Shown piece by piece: positions 8,581 through 18,205 of a stretch of DNA of 64,000 nucleotides (positions within the stretch are counted from its first letter, which is position 1; each line of letters starts with the position of its first letter). The DNA lies in assembly GCA_016214555.1 (NCBI GenBank), contig JACROF010000002.1, positions 5,416 to 69,415 on the forward strand. Reading direction: 5' to 3'. The stretch comes from Candidatus Levyibacteriota bacterium. GTDB lineage: Bacteria > Patescibacteriota > Microgenomatia > Levybacterales > UBA12049. The position numbers and the translations under genes are program-made. Below the pieces are notes generated by a model. It did no database searches. It saw only the letters and a list, made by a program, of their open reading frames with translations, and was not told the origin of the DNA.

Positions 8581-10266
8581 GTGCCCCGTAGTAAATCTGC
8601 TCATACAAAAACAAAATATATATTTGTCTCCGGAGGAGTCATCTCAGGAATCGGAAAAGGCCTAACAGCATCATCCATTGGTCTTCTTCTTAAATCCGCC
8701 GGCTATTCCGTCGCCCCCATAAAATTTGAAAATTATCTTAATTTAGATGCCGGAACAATTAACCCTATAGAACATGGCGACCCCTTTCTCTGTGAGGACG
8801 GAACAGAGACGGATATGGATATCGGTTCTTATGAAAAATTTCTTGACCAAGACATGGGGAAAGATAATTTTGTTACGATGGGACGAATTTATCAGACTGT
8901 TTTTGATAAAGAAAGGCGTTTTGAGTACAAAGGAGAAGATGTTGAGGCAATTCCTCATGTGACTGATGAGATTATTCATCGCATCCAGTCTCTTGCTAGA
9001 AAGAAAAAGGCAGACATTATTCTTATTGAACTTGGTGGTACTGCAGGTGAGTACCAGAATGTTTTGTATTATGAAGCCTCCCGTATCATGACCCTCAAAA
9101 ATCCTGGGGATGTTGTGCATATTCATGTCAGCTACGTCCCAACGCCATCGCATCTTGGAGAGCCAAAAACCAAGCCAACACAGCTTTCTGTTAGGACGCT
9201 TAACTCGATGGGCATTCAGCCTGATTTCATTGTGGCTAGGTCAGCTCGCTACTTAGATAAAAGAAGAAGAGATAGATTTGCGCTTTTCTGTAATATGCAT
9301 CCTGAAGATATTATCTCAAATCCAGATCTTGATACAGTCTATGAAATTCCACTTACTCTTCATGAGCAAGGAATTGAGAAAAGAATACTCATGAAGCTTA
9401 ATTTGCCTGTAAAGTCTCCAAAGCTTCATGATTGGAAAATCTTTGTTGAAAAGATAAAGTCTGAGAAAAAGAAAAGAATTGAGATTGCCATTATTGGGAA
9501 GTACTTTGGAACAGGAGAGTATCAGTTACGTGACTCCTATGCAGCTCTTTTTGATGCTATTGATCATGCAGCAACTTTTGAGGGAGTTGAGGTCGTGACT
9601 CGGTGGGTAGACGCTGAAAAAATTACTCCAAAAAATGCAGTTGAGATGGTTGGAAATCCATCAGGCATTATTGTTCCCATTGGTTGGGGCGAACGGGGAG
9701 CAGAAGGGATGATTGTTGCTGCAAATTACGCACGAGAAAAAAAGATACCTTATCTTGGGCTATGCTACGGGATGCAGTTAGCAGTTGTTGCCTATGCTCG
9801 CTACGTTCTTGGGTTAAAAAAGGCTAATACCGAAGAAAACGATACAGCATCTCCCGACAAGGTAATTCATTTTATTCCTAACCAGCGAGAATTGATTAAG
9901 CAAAGGGCGTATGGCGGAACGATGCGACTTGGGGGATGGGAGGCTGTTGTTAAAAAAGGAACGACTGCTTATGGGGCATATGAAAAGTATGGAGGGTTAC
10001 TAGACAAGAAAACAGGTTTGACGAGCGAGAGGCATCGACATCGATACGAATTTAACAATGACTATGCAGAAAATTTTGAAAAGAATGGACTTGTGATTGC
10101 AGCCCGGTCTGTTAAGGAAAATTTAGTAGAGATTGTTGAGTTGCCAAAATCAGTACATCCATTTTATCTAGGCACTCAGGGTCATCCCGAATACAAGAGT
10201 CGTCCACTTGCTCCACATCCTCTTTTTATTGCTTTTTTAAGTGCTTGTAAGGGGCACAAGAAGTAA
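8581..10266 (+). CDS. pyrG: CTP synthase (GTG start as given by ORF track; true start uncertain)
   Basis: KYIFVSGGVISGIGKGLTASSIGLLLKSAGYSV. C-terminal GATase: GLCYGMQL..H.HRYE. Confidence 0.85.
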   Translation: MPRSKSAHTKTKYIFVSGGVISGIGKGLTASSIGLLLKSAGYSVAPIKFENYLNLDAGTINPIEHGDPFLCEDGTETDMDIGSYEKFLDQDMGKDNFVTMGRIYQTVFDKERRFEYKGEDVEAIPHVTDEIIHRIQSLARKKKADIILIELGGTAGEYQNVLYYEASRIMTLKNPGDVVHIHVSYVPTPSHLGEPKTKPTQLSVRTLNSMGIQPDFIVARSARYLDKRRRDRFALFCNMHPEDIISNPDLDTVYEIPLTLHEQGIEKRILMKLNLPVKSPKLHDWKIFVEKIKSEKKKRIEIAIIGKYFGTGEYQLRDSYAALFDAIDHAATFEGVEVVTRWVDAEKITPKNAVEMVGNPSGIIVPIGWGERGAEGMIVAANYAREKKIPYLGLCYGMQLAVVAYARYVLGLKKANTEENDTASPDKVIHFIPNQRELIKQRAYGGTMRLGGWEAVVKKGTTAYGAYEKYGGLLDKKTGLTSERHRHRYEFNNDYAENFEKNGLVIAARSVKENLVEIVELPKSVHPFYLGTQGHPEYKSRPLAPHPLFIAFLSACKGHKK

Positions 10267-10315
10267 ATTTTCACTCCTCTTGAGTTTATATTCATCCTTT
10301 TGCTATAATACGTTC

Positions 10316-10609
10316 ATGATTTCAACAATTGATTTTGCAGCAGGTGACGTCGTTCGTGTTCATCAGAAAATCCAGGAAGGCGAAAAGACTCGAACTCAGG
10401 TATTTCAAGGAACTGTTATTCAAATCCGTGGTCGTGGAAACGACAAGAGTTTCACTGTTCGAAAAGTAGTTCAGGGTGTTGGTGTTGAAAAAATTTGGCA
10501 AATCGCATCCCCGACGATTGAAAAAGTTGAGATCAAAGAGCATCCTAAAAACCGTATTCGACGTGCTCGAATTACTTATATCCGAAAGTCCTCTAAATTT
10601 TCTTCATAA
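10316..10609 (+). CDS. rplS: 50S ribosomal protein L19
   Basis: FAAGDVVRVH.KI.EG.K.R.Q.F.G.VI...G.G...FTVRK...GVGVE, the L19 signature. ATG at 10316 lies 7 nt after a TATAAT, so the mRNA is probably leaderless. Confidence 0.8.
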   Translation: MISTIDFAAGDVVRVHQKIQEGEKTRTQVFQGTVIQIRGRGNDKSFTVRKVVQGVGVEKIWQIASPTIEKVEIKEHPKNRIRRARITYIRKSSKFSS

Positions 10610-10636
10610 CTTTCTTTTTTCTGTCATACTACAATA

Positions 10637-11017
10637 GTGCTTGAGTCAATGCATAACAAAAGGTCTGGCGCGCATGGAGAGGATCTTGCCTGTGAGTATC
10701 TAAAAAAGAATGGGTACAAGGTTCTTGAAAGAAATTTTAGAACGAGAAATGGCGAGATCGATGTTATCGCTATTGATACAAAGACAAAACCTCAGACCCT
10801 TGTTTTTATCGAAGTCAAAACGAGACAGTCCCAGCGTTTTGGAGACGCTTTTGAGTCAGTTCATTACCACAAAATGCAGGCGTTGACGAGGACAGCCTCT
10901 TACTACAAAGCAACTCATAGAAATTTACCTGAGCAACTGAGAATCGATGCAATCGCTGTCATGATTCAAGCAGATGGAGCTCTCTTAACACTTGAACATT
11001 TGAAAAACGTTAGCTGA
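10637..11017 (+). CDS. yraN: YraN/UPF0102 family endonuclease
   Basis: GEDLACEYLKKNGYKVLERNFR...GEIDVIA......LVFIEVKTR, the YraN PD-(D/E)xK pattern. Confidence 0.7.
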   Translation: MLESMHNKRSGAHGEDLACEYLKKNGYKVLERNFRTRNGEIDVIAIDTKTKPQTLVFIEVKTRQSQRFGDAFESVHYHKMQALTRTASYYKATHRNLPEQLRIDAIAVMIQADGALLTLEHLKNVS

Positions 11018-11056
11018 CGCTTGAAGTCGTAAAAACAAAGTGCTATTCTATAGGAC

Positions 11057-12457
11057 ATGTACAACAAAAAAGTAAAGATCATTGCAACTATTGGCCCTGC
11101 AAGCAATTCCTACCATACACTTTTTGAGTTGGCAAAAGAAGGTGTCGATATATATCGCATAAATCTTTCCCATCAGCCTCACGATGAAATTGTTCGCTTG
11201 GTTTCAGACATGAGAAAAGTTGAGGAAAAAATTGGGCGTCCACTTACGATCATGGGGGACTTAGCGGGTCCAAAAATCCGTATTGGCAAAGTAGATAAAA
11301 ATGTCGTTTTGAAAAATAATGACAAAGTTGAGATCATCAGCAAAGCAGTGCTGGGAACCTCATCAAAACTCTCAGTTAATTATCCAACTATTATTGGGCA
11401 GCTCAAAAAGGGAGCCGAGATCTTTGTTGATGATGGCAAAATTCGTATGGTTGTTGAGGAAGAAGGAAAAGAGAAAGCTGTTGCAAAAGTTGTTGTGGGT
11501 GGGCCACTTGTTTCTTTTAAGGGATTTTATGCACAAGGGCTATCTCTTGAAAATCATGGATTAACGAAAAAAGATAGAGAAGACGTTGCACTTATGGTAA
11601 AGGCAGGTGTAGATGCGCTGGCTGTTTCATTTGTTCAGACAGAGAAAGACATTGAAGCTGTCAAGAAGCTATTACCCAATGATAAACAGCTTATGATCAT
11701 AGCCAAGATTGAGACAGCAAAGGCAATTGATAACATAGAGAAAATTATTGCTGTCTCTGATGGTGTCATGGTCGCCAGGGGAGATTTGGGGCTTGCCGTA
11801 CCAATGGCTGAGGTGCCTCATCTGCAAAAGCAATTGATTGAGATTTGTCTAAAAAAAGCAAAACCTGTCATCACGGCAACGCAAATGCTTGAATCGATGA
11901 CCAACAACCCACTTCCAACGCGTGCTGAGGTGACAGATGTTGCCAATGCGATTTTGGATGGGACTGATGCTGTCATGCTGTCAGGTGAAACAGCAATGGG
12001 AAAATTTCCTGTTGAGACAGTGAAAATGATGGCGCAAATCATAACAAGTGCGGTTCCTCATGTAACAAGACGTGAATTTGATCATGAGCAAGCTGTTGGG
12101 AATGCAGTAAGTAGCAACGTTGGACATGTTGCAGATCAGATTGGAGCTCGTCTTGTCGTCGCATTTACTCACCGTGGAAAAGCAGCGTCTCGTATCGCAA
12201 GGCACAGATCACAGCAGTCAATTATCGCACTTACCCCTGTCAAAGATACGCTCTATAGACTCAATTTTTCCTGGGGAGTCTTTCCTTTTGAGATCAATCC
12301 CACCAAAGGATTTATGGATATGGTTGATCAAGCAAAAAACATTGCTTTCAAAAATCCAGTCATCAAACTCCACAAGGGTGAGCCTTTTGTTATCGCAGCG
12401 GGCATGCCTTTTGGCCAAACAGGAACAACCAACATGATCCTAGTTGAAAAAGTCTAA
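11057..12457 (+). CDS. pyk: Pyruvate kinase
   Basis: KIIATIGPAS..; MVARGDLG; GETAMGKFPVE; 466 aa. Confidence 0.85.
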   Translation: MYNKKVKIIATIGPASNSYHTLFELAKEGVDIYRINLSHQPHDEIVRLVSDMRKVEEKIGRPLTIMGDLAGPKIRIGKVDKNVVLKNNDKVEIISKAVLGTSSKLSVNYPTIIGQLKKGAEIFVDDGKIRMVVEEEGKEKAVAKVVVGGPLVSFKGFYAQGLSLENHGLTKKDREDVALMVKAGVDALAVSFVQTEKDIEAVKKLLPNDKQLMIIAKIETAKAIDNIEKIIAVSDGVMVARGDLGLAVPMAEVPHLQKQLIEICLKKAKPVITATQMLESMTNNPLPTRAEVTDVANAILDGTDAVMLSGETAMGKFPVETVKMMAQIITSAVPHVTRREFDHEQAVGNAVSSNVGHVADQIGARLVVAFTHRGKAASRIARHRSQQSIIALTPVKDTLYRLNFSWGVFPFEINPTKGFMDMVDQAKNIAFKNPVIKLHKGEPFVIAAGMPFGQTGTTNMILVEKV

Positions 12458-12482
12458 AGTTCATGCTATAACTTAGCTTACT

Positions 12483-13076
12483 ATGGCAGTGCAAACAGAA
12501 ACATCACCACATGTTGTTGACTCATCATCAGATTCTCATGATTGGGGTTATGATATTCTTCCTCAGGCTGAATCAGTAGAAAGAGGAAATGCAGCCCTCG
12601 TAGCTCTGGATCGTAATTTAGCGGCAGTCCCCAACGGAGAAGAATCCCGCCACCCTCTTGATATCGTTGTTGGTCCACCTGAAGCTCAGGATCTTTATGA
12701 TTTAGACTTAGAAATGAATCCTCTCAAGCGTCACCTTCATTGGGTAACAGATCCAGACTCTGAATATATGAGAAAACGAAATGCGGAAGCTCTTCAAAGA
12801 GAGGGTGAGCGTATTTCAAGTCGTATCGCTGAATTGCGTGCAAGAGAAACGGCTTTTAGAGAAAGATATGGAGATCCTTTAGCTGATGCGGCAATTGCCT
12901 ATCAAAGAGGGAGAAGAGAGCAGATGGGCAGAGTCACCTATAAAGACCAATATGTAGGATATGATGTTCCCCGTTCCGATCTGTCGTCTGCTATTGCTGA
13001 GGGCATAGAGCTTCAGCCGGCAGCAGAGAGAGCTACATGGGTTGAAGAGATTTTAGTGTTTGTTGATAGGAGATAA
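12483..13076 (+). CDS. Hypothetical acidic protein, GC-elevated
   Basis: 197-aa ORF with its own -35/-10 (TTGAAA-17-TATAAC) embedded in the pyk 3' end. No recognisable domain. Confidence 0.45.
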   Translation: MAVQTETSPHVVDSSSDSHDWGYDILPQAESVERGNAALVALDRNLAAVPNGEESRHPLDIVVGPPEAQDLYDLDLEMNPLKRHLHWVTDPDSEYMRKRNAEALQREGERISSRIAELRARETAFRERYGDPLADAAIAYQRGRREQMGRVTYKDQYVGYDVPRSDLSSAIAEGIELQPAAERATWVEEILVFVDRR

Positions 13077-15089
13077 TTATTTCCCCTGCAGTAATCTGAT
13101 TTGATCACGAATAAGCATAGCTGTCTCAAAATCCATTTTTTCTGCATATTCCTTCATCTCTTTTCGAAGGTTTTTTATCAATTTTTCTTTCTCATCAGGC
13201 AGTAACACGTCTTTTTCTCCCATTTTGAGTAAAAAATCAAGCGAGGGTTTTGATTCTTTTATTTCTTGTTGTTCAATGAGTCGCGCTCTGATAGCTTTAT
13301 CGATAGTTTGAGGCGTAATGCCATGCTTCTTGTTGTATGCTATTTGAACTTCTCTTCGCCTTTCGACTTCATCAATTGCCGCTTTCATGGACTTTGTTAT
13401 GGTATCTGCATACATAATAACCTCACTGTCAATATTTCGAGCTGCTCGACCCATTGTCTGAATAAGGGATGTCCTGCTTCGCAAAAATCCTTCTTTATCA
13501 GCATCCAAAATGGCAACGAGAGTTACCTCAGGAAGGTCAAGTCCTTCCCGAAGAAGATTTATCCCCACCAAAACATCAACATCGCCACGTCGCAATTGAT
13601 CCAAAAGCTCTTGTCTATCAAGTGTCACAATGTCTGAGTGAAGATAGGTAACTTTGATATCATTTTCCTCAAGATAGGATGATAGCTCCTCAGACATTCT
13701 TTTAGTAAGTGTGGTCACAAGGACTCGTTGCTTTTTCTCAATACGCTTTTTAATCTCTGCAATAAGGTCAGCAATTTGTCCCTCCGTTGGTCTTACTGTA
13801 ACAATTGGGTCTACGATACCTGTCGGGCGGATAAGCTGCTCAGCAACGCCCTCATCCTCTTTGGCAAGTGATATTTCATATTCTTCAGGAGTCGCTGAGA
13901 CATAGACTGCCTGATCCACATGGCGCATGAATTCCTCAAATTTTAGCGGTCTGTTATCAAGAGCTGAAGGGAGTCTAAATCCATAGTCAATGAGGGTTTC
14001 CTTTCGTGATCTATCGCCATTATACATGCCTCTGACTTGGGGGAGAGTAATGTGGGATTCATCAATAATGAGTAACCACCCATCATGAGAAACGTTTTTA
14101 TCGTTGTAGTCAAAATAATCAATCAGTGTATAAGGGGGATCACCTGGTTTTCTTCCGTCAAAGTATATCGAATAATTTTCAATACCATTAACATATCCAA
14201 CCTCTCTGATCATTTCCAAGTCATATGTTGTTCGTTGCTTGATTCGTTGAGCTTCAATTAATTTGTTTTGTGAGGTAAGACTTGCTACGTGCTTTTCAAG
14301 ATCAGCATTAATCTTTGCAAAAGCGTTATCATAGCCTTTTGGATCGGTCATGTAGTGTTTGGCTGGGTAAATAACTGTTTTATCAAGTACTTGTAATACT
14401 TCACCTGTGAGCGGGTCAAACTCTGTAACGCTTGTGATTGATTTTTCTCCTAGTTCAACTCTTATTCCTGTATCCATATAGGCTGGAAGCACCTCAATTG
14501 TTCCACCTCGGACCCTAAATGTCCCTCTTCTAAATTCATAATCATTTCTATCGTACTGAAGATCAGAAAGCCTCACCATGATATCTCGTTGAGAGACAAT
14601 CATGCCTTTGGCAAGTTCAAGAACAAATTTCCCATACTCAACTGGTGAGCCTAAGTTGTAAATGCAGGAGACAGAAGAGACGACTATGACATCTTTCCTT
14701 GTCAAAAGATTTGTCGTTGCTGAAAGCCTGAGCTTGTCTATCTCTTGATTGATTTCAGCTTCTTTTTCGATATAGGTATCAGTTGTTGGCATATATGCCT
14801 CAGGTTGGTAGTAATCATAGTAGGAGACAAAATAAGAGACTGCATTGTCAGGGAAAAAATCCCTAAATTCCTGATAGAGCTGTGCAGCGAGTGTTTTATT
14901 ATGGGAAATAATAAGCGTTGGTTTTTGGACTTTTTGGATGACATTTGCCATAGTAAATGTTTTTCCACTGCCTGTAACTCCAAGAAGAACTTGATTTTTT
15001 TTGCCCATGAGAATACCGTTGGATAATTTTTCAATAGCTGTTGGCTGATCACCCGTTGGCTTGAAATTGGATTTCAATTTAAAATTCAT
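13077..15089 (-). CDS. uvrB: Excinuclease ABC subunit B
   Basis: GDQPTAIEKL; Walker A GVTGSGKTFTMAN; helicase motifs; C-terminal UVR domain (FETAMLIRDQIRLLQ). Confidence 0.9.
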   Translation of the reverse strand: MNFKLKSNFKPTGDQPTAIEKLSNGILMGKKNQVLLGVTGSGKTFTMANVIQKVQKPTLIISHNKTLAAQLYQEFRDFFPDNAVSYFVSYYDYYQPEAYMPTTDTYIEKEAEINQEIDKLRLSATTNLLTRKDVIVVSSVSCIYNLGSPVEYGKFVLELAKGMIVSQRDIMVRLSDLQYDRNDYEFRRGTFRVRGGTIEVLPAYMDTGIRVELGEKSITSVTEFDPLTGEVLQVLDKTVIYPAKHYMTDPKGYDNAFAKINADLEKHVASLTSQNKLIEAQRIKQRTTYDLEMIREVGYVNGIENYSIYFDGRKPGDPPYTLIDYFDYNDKNVSHDGWLLIIDESHITLPQVRGMYNGDRSRKETLIDYGFRLPSALDNRPLKFEEFMRHVDQAVYVSATPEEYEISLAKEDEGVAEQLIRPTGIVDPIVTVRPTEGQIADLIAEIKKRIEKKQRVLVTTLTKRMSEELSSYLEENDIKVTYLHSDIVTLDRQELLDQLRRGDVDVLVGINLLREGLDLPEVTLVAILDADKEGFLRSRTSLIQTMGRAARNIDSEVIMYADTITKSMKAAIDEVERRREVQIAYNKKHGITPQTIDKAIRARLIEQQEIKESKPSLDFLLKMGEKDVLLPDEKEKLIKNLRKEMKEYAEKMDFETAMLIRDQIRLLQGK

Positions 15090-15239
15090 AGGAGTATTCT
15101 AACATATACAAAATCAATTCTTAGATCTTACATCGAAAATCTCCATCAAAAATTTCAAAGCGAGTCATGTCTAAGACTTGAACCGTAATTTTGAGATTTA
15201 CATTTTACAATTTGAGATTGTTTGTTGTAGTACGTCTTA

Positions 15240-15275
15240 TTGACAAAAATACACGAAAAGTCGTATATTTTTTAC
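15240..15275 (+). promoter_or_regulatory. Candidate sigma70-type promoter of lexA (TTGACA-18-TATATT)
   Basis: TTGACAAAAATACACGAAAAGTCGTATATT read directly. Divergent from uvrB. Confidence 0.4.
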
Positions 15276-15314
15276 ATACAGTTTTCTTCCCAAGTAGGAG
15301 AACTGCTCAACTGT

Positions 15315-15947
15315 ATGGCAGGCGTATTATATAGAAAAGAAAGAGAATTACTTACATTTCTCGCCCAATTCCAATCCAAAAATGGATATTCTCCAACACT
15401 TCGTGAGATGGCAGATGCAACAGGGCATCGAAGTGTTTCTACGATTCATGCAATTATCAGGAATCTGGTTGACAAAGGTTATATTCAAAAAGACGATGGT
15501 AACTCTCGAGTTCTTAAGATAAAAGACGATAGCGCTGTTTCAACTCTTGCAAAAGAGATCACTCCCTCAGTCGAGTTGCCTTTGATGGGTTTTATTGCAG
15601 CAGGTCAGCCACTTGAGCCTCATACAGATCCTAATGCAACTTTTCAGGTTTCAGCATCAATGCTCTCTGGTAAAAATACATCATATGTACTTCAAGTAAA
15701 GGGAGAGTCAATGATAGAGGATGGGATACTTGATGGAGATTTTGTTGTTATTGAAAAGGTTAGCACTGCAACAAATGGTGAGATAGTTGTCGCGCTCGTT
15801 GATGATAACTTAGCAACGCTTAAAAAGTTTTATAAAGAAGATGGGAGAATTATACTCAAGCCTGCAAATGCAAGAATGGAACCTATTTACCCTACTTCAC
15901 TTAGAATTCAAGGAAAGGTTGTCGGACTTGTGAGGAGATACCAGTAA
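15315..15947 (+). CDS. lexA: LexA repressor (S24 peptidase; ORF track start 15240, likely start Met at 15315)
   Basis: N-terminal winged HTH (SPTLREMADATGHRSVSTIHAIIRNLVDKGYI). C-terminal S24: VKGESMIEDGILDGDFVVI....NGEIVVALVD...ATLKKF (Ser/Lys dyad). Confidence 0.8.
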   Translation: MAGVLYRKERELLTFLAQFQSKNGYSPTLREMADATGHRSVSTIHAIIRNLVDKGYIQKDDGNSRVLKIKDDSAVSTLAKEITPSVELPLMGFIAAGQPLEPHTDPNATFQVSASMLSGKNTSYVLQVKGESMIEDGILDGDFVVIEKVSTATNGEIVVALVDDNLATLKKFYKEDGRIILKPANARMEPIYPTSLRIQGKVVGLVRRYQ

Positions 15948-16006
15948 AAATGTCTGATAGTTGTCATGCAACTATGCTACATAGCCTGGTAGGATAAGCT
16001 TTATCG

Positions 16007-17581
16007 ATGAGTTTAACAAAAGATCACTTAGCACATTCTCCAGAAATTGCTCCATCACCACAACGCCACATAAATCTATCATCCAGCGAACTTCATAGTG
16101 CAGCAATTGAGAATCACGAGGGCGTTGAGACAGTAGACGGTGTCCTTGCGATTGACACCATGCCTGACACGGGAAGATCTCCAAAGGATAAATTTGTTGT
16201 TGAAGGAGTCGATGGCGTTGATTATGGGTCAGTAAATCAACCTATTTCACGTAATGACTTCAACCATGCACTTGCAAGCATTCAGGGCCACTTAGCATCG
16301 CAGCCAAACTTGTATTACCAAGACCTCAGAGTTGGCGCAGATTCGACGTATAGTCGAGATGTAAAAGTTGTCACAGAGCAAGCATCATCTGCTCTTTTTG
16401 CAAATGCTTTGTTTTTACCTCCAGTTACTTTTGGTTATATCGGAGAACAGCGTGCAGGTTACTCAATTTACCACGCTCCATCATTTAAGTTCAACGGAGC
16501 AGAGGATGGTGTAAGGTCTCATAAAGGCATTATTTATGATCCAGTAACCAGGACAATTCTCATTGGAGGAACCAAATATGCAGGAGAAATTAAAAAATCA
16601 GTTTTTTCTGCGATGCAATGCGATTTACCAGAGGACGATGTTGCAACGATGCATTGTTCTGCAAATATGTCTCGATATGGTGATGTGGCAATATTTTTTG
16701 GCCTATCTGGAACAGGAAAGACTACACTTTCAGCCGACCCTGAAAGAACGCTTATTGGTGATGATGAACATGGATGGTCTGATGATGGTGTGTTTAATTT
16801 TGAGGGAGGGTCGTATGCAAAACTTATTAATTTGTCAGAAAGCACCGAACCTCTTATCTATAGAGCAGTTCACAGAAAAGGAGCACTGCTTGAAAATGTT
16901 AATCTTGATGAGAACGGCAATCCCATTTTTGATGAAGGTGACGAAAATATGAGGGGAGCTTTTCCTATCTCATATATAAATGGAGCATCAAAAAATGGCG
17001 TTGGTGTTCACCCAAAGCACATTATTATGCTTACAGCAGATGCTTCAGGTGTGCTTCCCCCTGTGGCTCGGTTGTCAAACGATGAGGCTATCTTTCAATA
17101 TCTTTCGGGATATACATCAAAAGTTGCTGGAACTGAGATCGGCGTTACATCTCCTGAGCCTACTTTTTCGGCATGTTTTGGATCGCCATTTCTGACAAGG
17201 CATCCTTCTGAGTATGCAAGGCTCCTTGAGGATAAAATTAAAGAGCACAATCCCTCTCTTTGGCTTGTTAATACTGGTTGGCCTGGTGGTTACAGACCTG
17301 ATGGTCGGATGAAAATTCCTTATACGAGAAGCATTATCAGTGGTATTTTAGCAAGTAGTCTTGATGGCGTAGCATTTGAACGAGATGGGCTCGGGTTTAT
17401 GGTGCCAACGCGTCTTGATGGTGTGCCTTCTGAAGCTCTCCGTGCAGAGAATTACTGGAATGATCAGGAAGCATACCGCTTGGCAGGTCAGGAATTGGTT
17501 GGCAGATTTGAAGAGAATGCAGAAAAATTCTCAGGGAGAGTAAGACGTGATATTTTAGCTTCAGGTCCTCACATCTCCTAA
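16007..17581 (+). CDS. pckA: Phosphoenolpyruvate carboxykinase (ATP)
   Basis: FFGLSGTGKTTLSADP.R.LIGDDEHGW; 524 aa. Confidence 0.85.
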   Translation: MSLTKDHLAHSPEIAPSPQRHINLSSSELHSAAIENHEGVETVDGVLAIDTMPDTGRSPKDKFVVEGVDGVDYGSVNQPISRNDFNHALASIQGHLASQPNLYYQDLRVGADSTYSRDVKVVTEQASSALFANALFLPPVTFGYIGEQRAGYSIYHAPSFKFNGAEDGVRSHKGIIYDPVTRTILIGGTKYAGEIKKSVFSAMQCDLPEDDVATMHCSANMSRYGDVAIFFGLSGTGKTTLSADPERTLIGDDEHGWSDDGVFNFEGGSYAKLINLSESTEPLIYRAVHRKGALLENVNLDENGNPIFDEGDENMRGAFPISYINGASKNGVGVHPKHIIMLTADASGVLPPVARLSNDEAIFQYLSGYTSKVAGTEIGVTSPEPTFSACFGSPFLTRHPSEYARLLEDKIKEHNPSLWLVNTGWPGGYRPDGRMKIPYTRSIISGILASSLDGVAFERDGLGFMVPTRLDGVPSEALRAENYWNDQEAYRLAGQELVGRFEENAEKFSGRVRRDILASGPHIS

Positions 17582-17602
17582 TCTCGTGATATAATTCTTC
17601 TC

Positions 17603-18205
17603 ATGATCAAAGCCGGAATTTTTGATATTGGTGGAGTTCTCCTCAACTGGAATAATAAGTATTTATTTGAGGACATCGATGAGACTTTACAGATTAGTCA
17701 ATCACAAAGACATAATGCGTGGAAGGAGAACATGGATCTTTTGGAGGTCGGCAAAATTTCAGAAAAAGAATTTTGGGATGGATTTGCGAGAGATGCGAAG
17801 GTTAGACAGGATATACCACAAAATCTTCTGAGTAGAGCATTTGAACAAAAATCTTTCATAAATAATGATGTGTTAGATATAGCAAGAGAGATGAGAAAAA
17901 ATGGATTCAAGACTGGAATTTTATCAAATACTAATACTCCTCATGCTCGATTTCTCAAGAGCCTTCAGCTATTTGAGTATTTTGATGTTGTAGTTCTTTC
18001 TCAGGAGACAGGGCACAGAAAACCAGAGCCTGAGATTTATCATTATACCCTCAAAAAATTAAATATTATTCCATCTGAAGCATTTTTTGTGGACGATTTG
18101 CCAGAAAATGTTGAAGCCGCAAATGAAATCGGGATTCATGGACTATTGTTTAAAGAAGCAGAAAAGCTTCGTTCAGCCATTATTGGATTGGGGGTTGAGC
18201 TATGA
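17603..18205 (+). CDS. HAD-IA family hydrolase
   Basis: FDIGGVL N-terminal DxG-type motif. LSNTN; FVDDLPENVEAA. Confidence 0.65.
   Translation: MIKAGIFDIGGVLLNWNNKYLFEDIDETLQISQSQRHNAWKENMDLLEVGKISEKEFWDGFARDAKVRQDIPQNLLSRAFEQKSFINNDVLDIAREMRKNGFKTGILSNTNTPHARFLKSLQLFEYFDVVVLSQETGHRKPEPEIYHYTLKKLNIIPSEAFFVDDLPENVEAANEIGIHGLLFKEAEKLRSAIIGLGVEL

Noticed and set aside
8411-8614. 67-aa minus-strand ORF spanning the PurM-like/pyrG intergenic region
   Set aside because: Overlaps the ends of two well-supported plus-strand genes and has no start signals.
13266-13905. Several 60-120-aa plus-strand ORFs inside uvrB
   Set aside because: Embedded antisense in a strongly conserved gene. No start signals.
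15269-15313. ACAGTT-N31-AACTGT inverted hexamers flanking the lexA RBS as a LexA operator
   Set aside because: Spacing is far from any known LexA box geometry, and one arm overlaps the SD region. Kept only as a note, not called as a feature.
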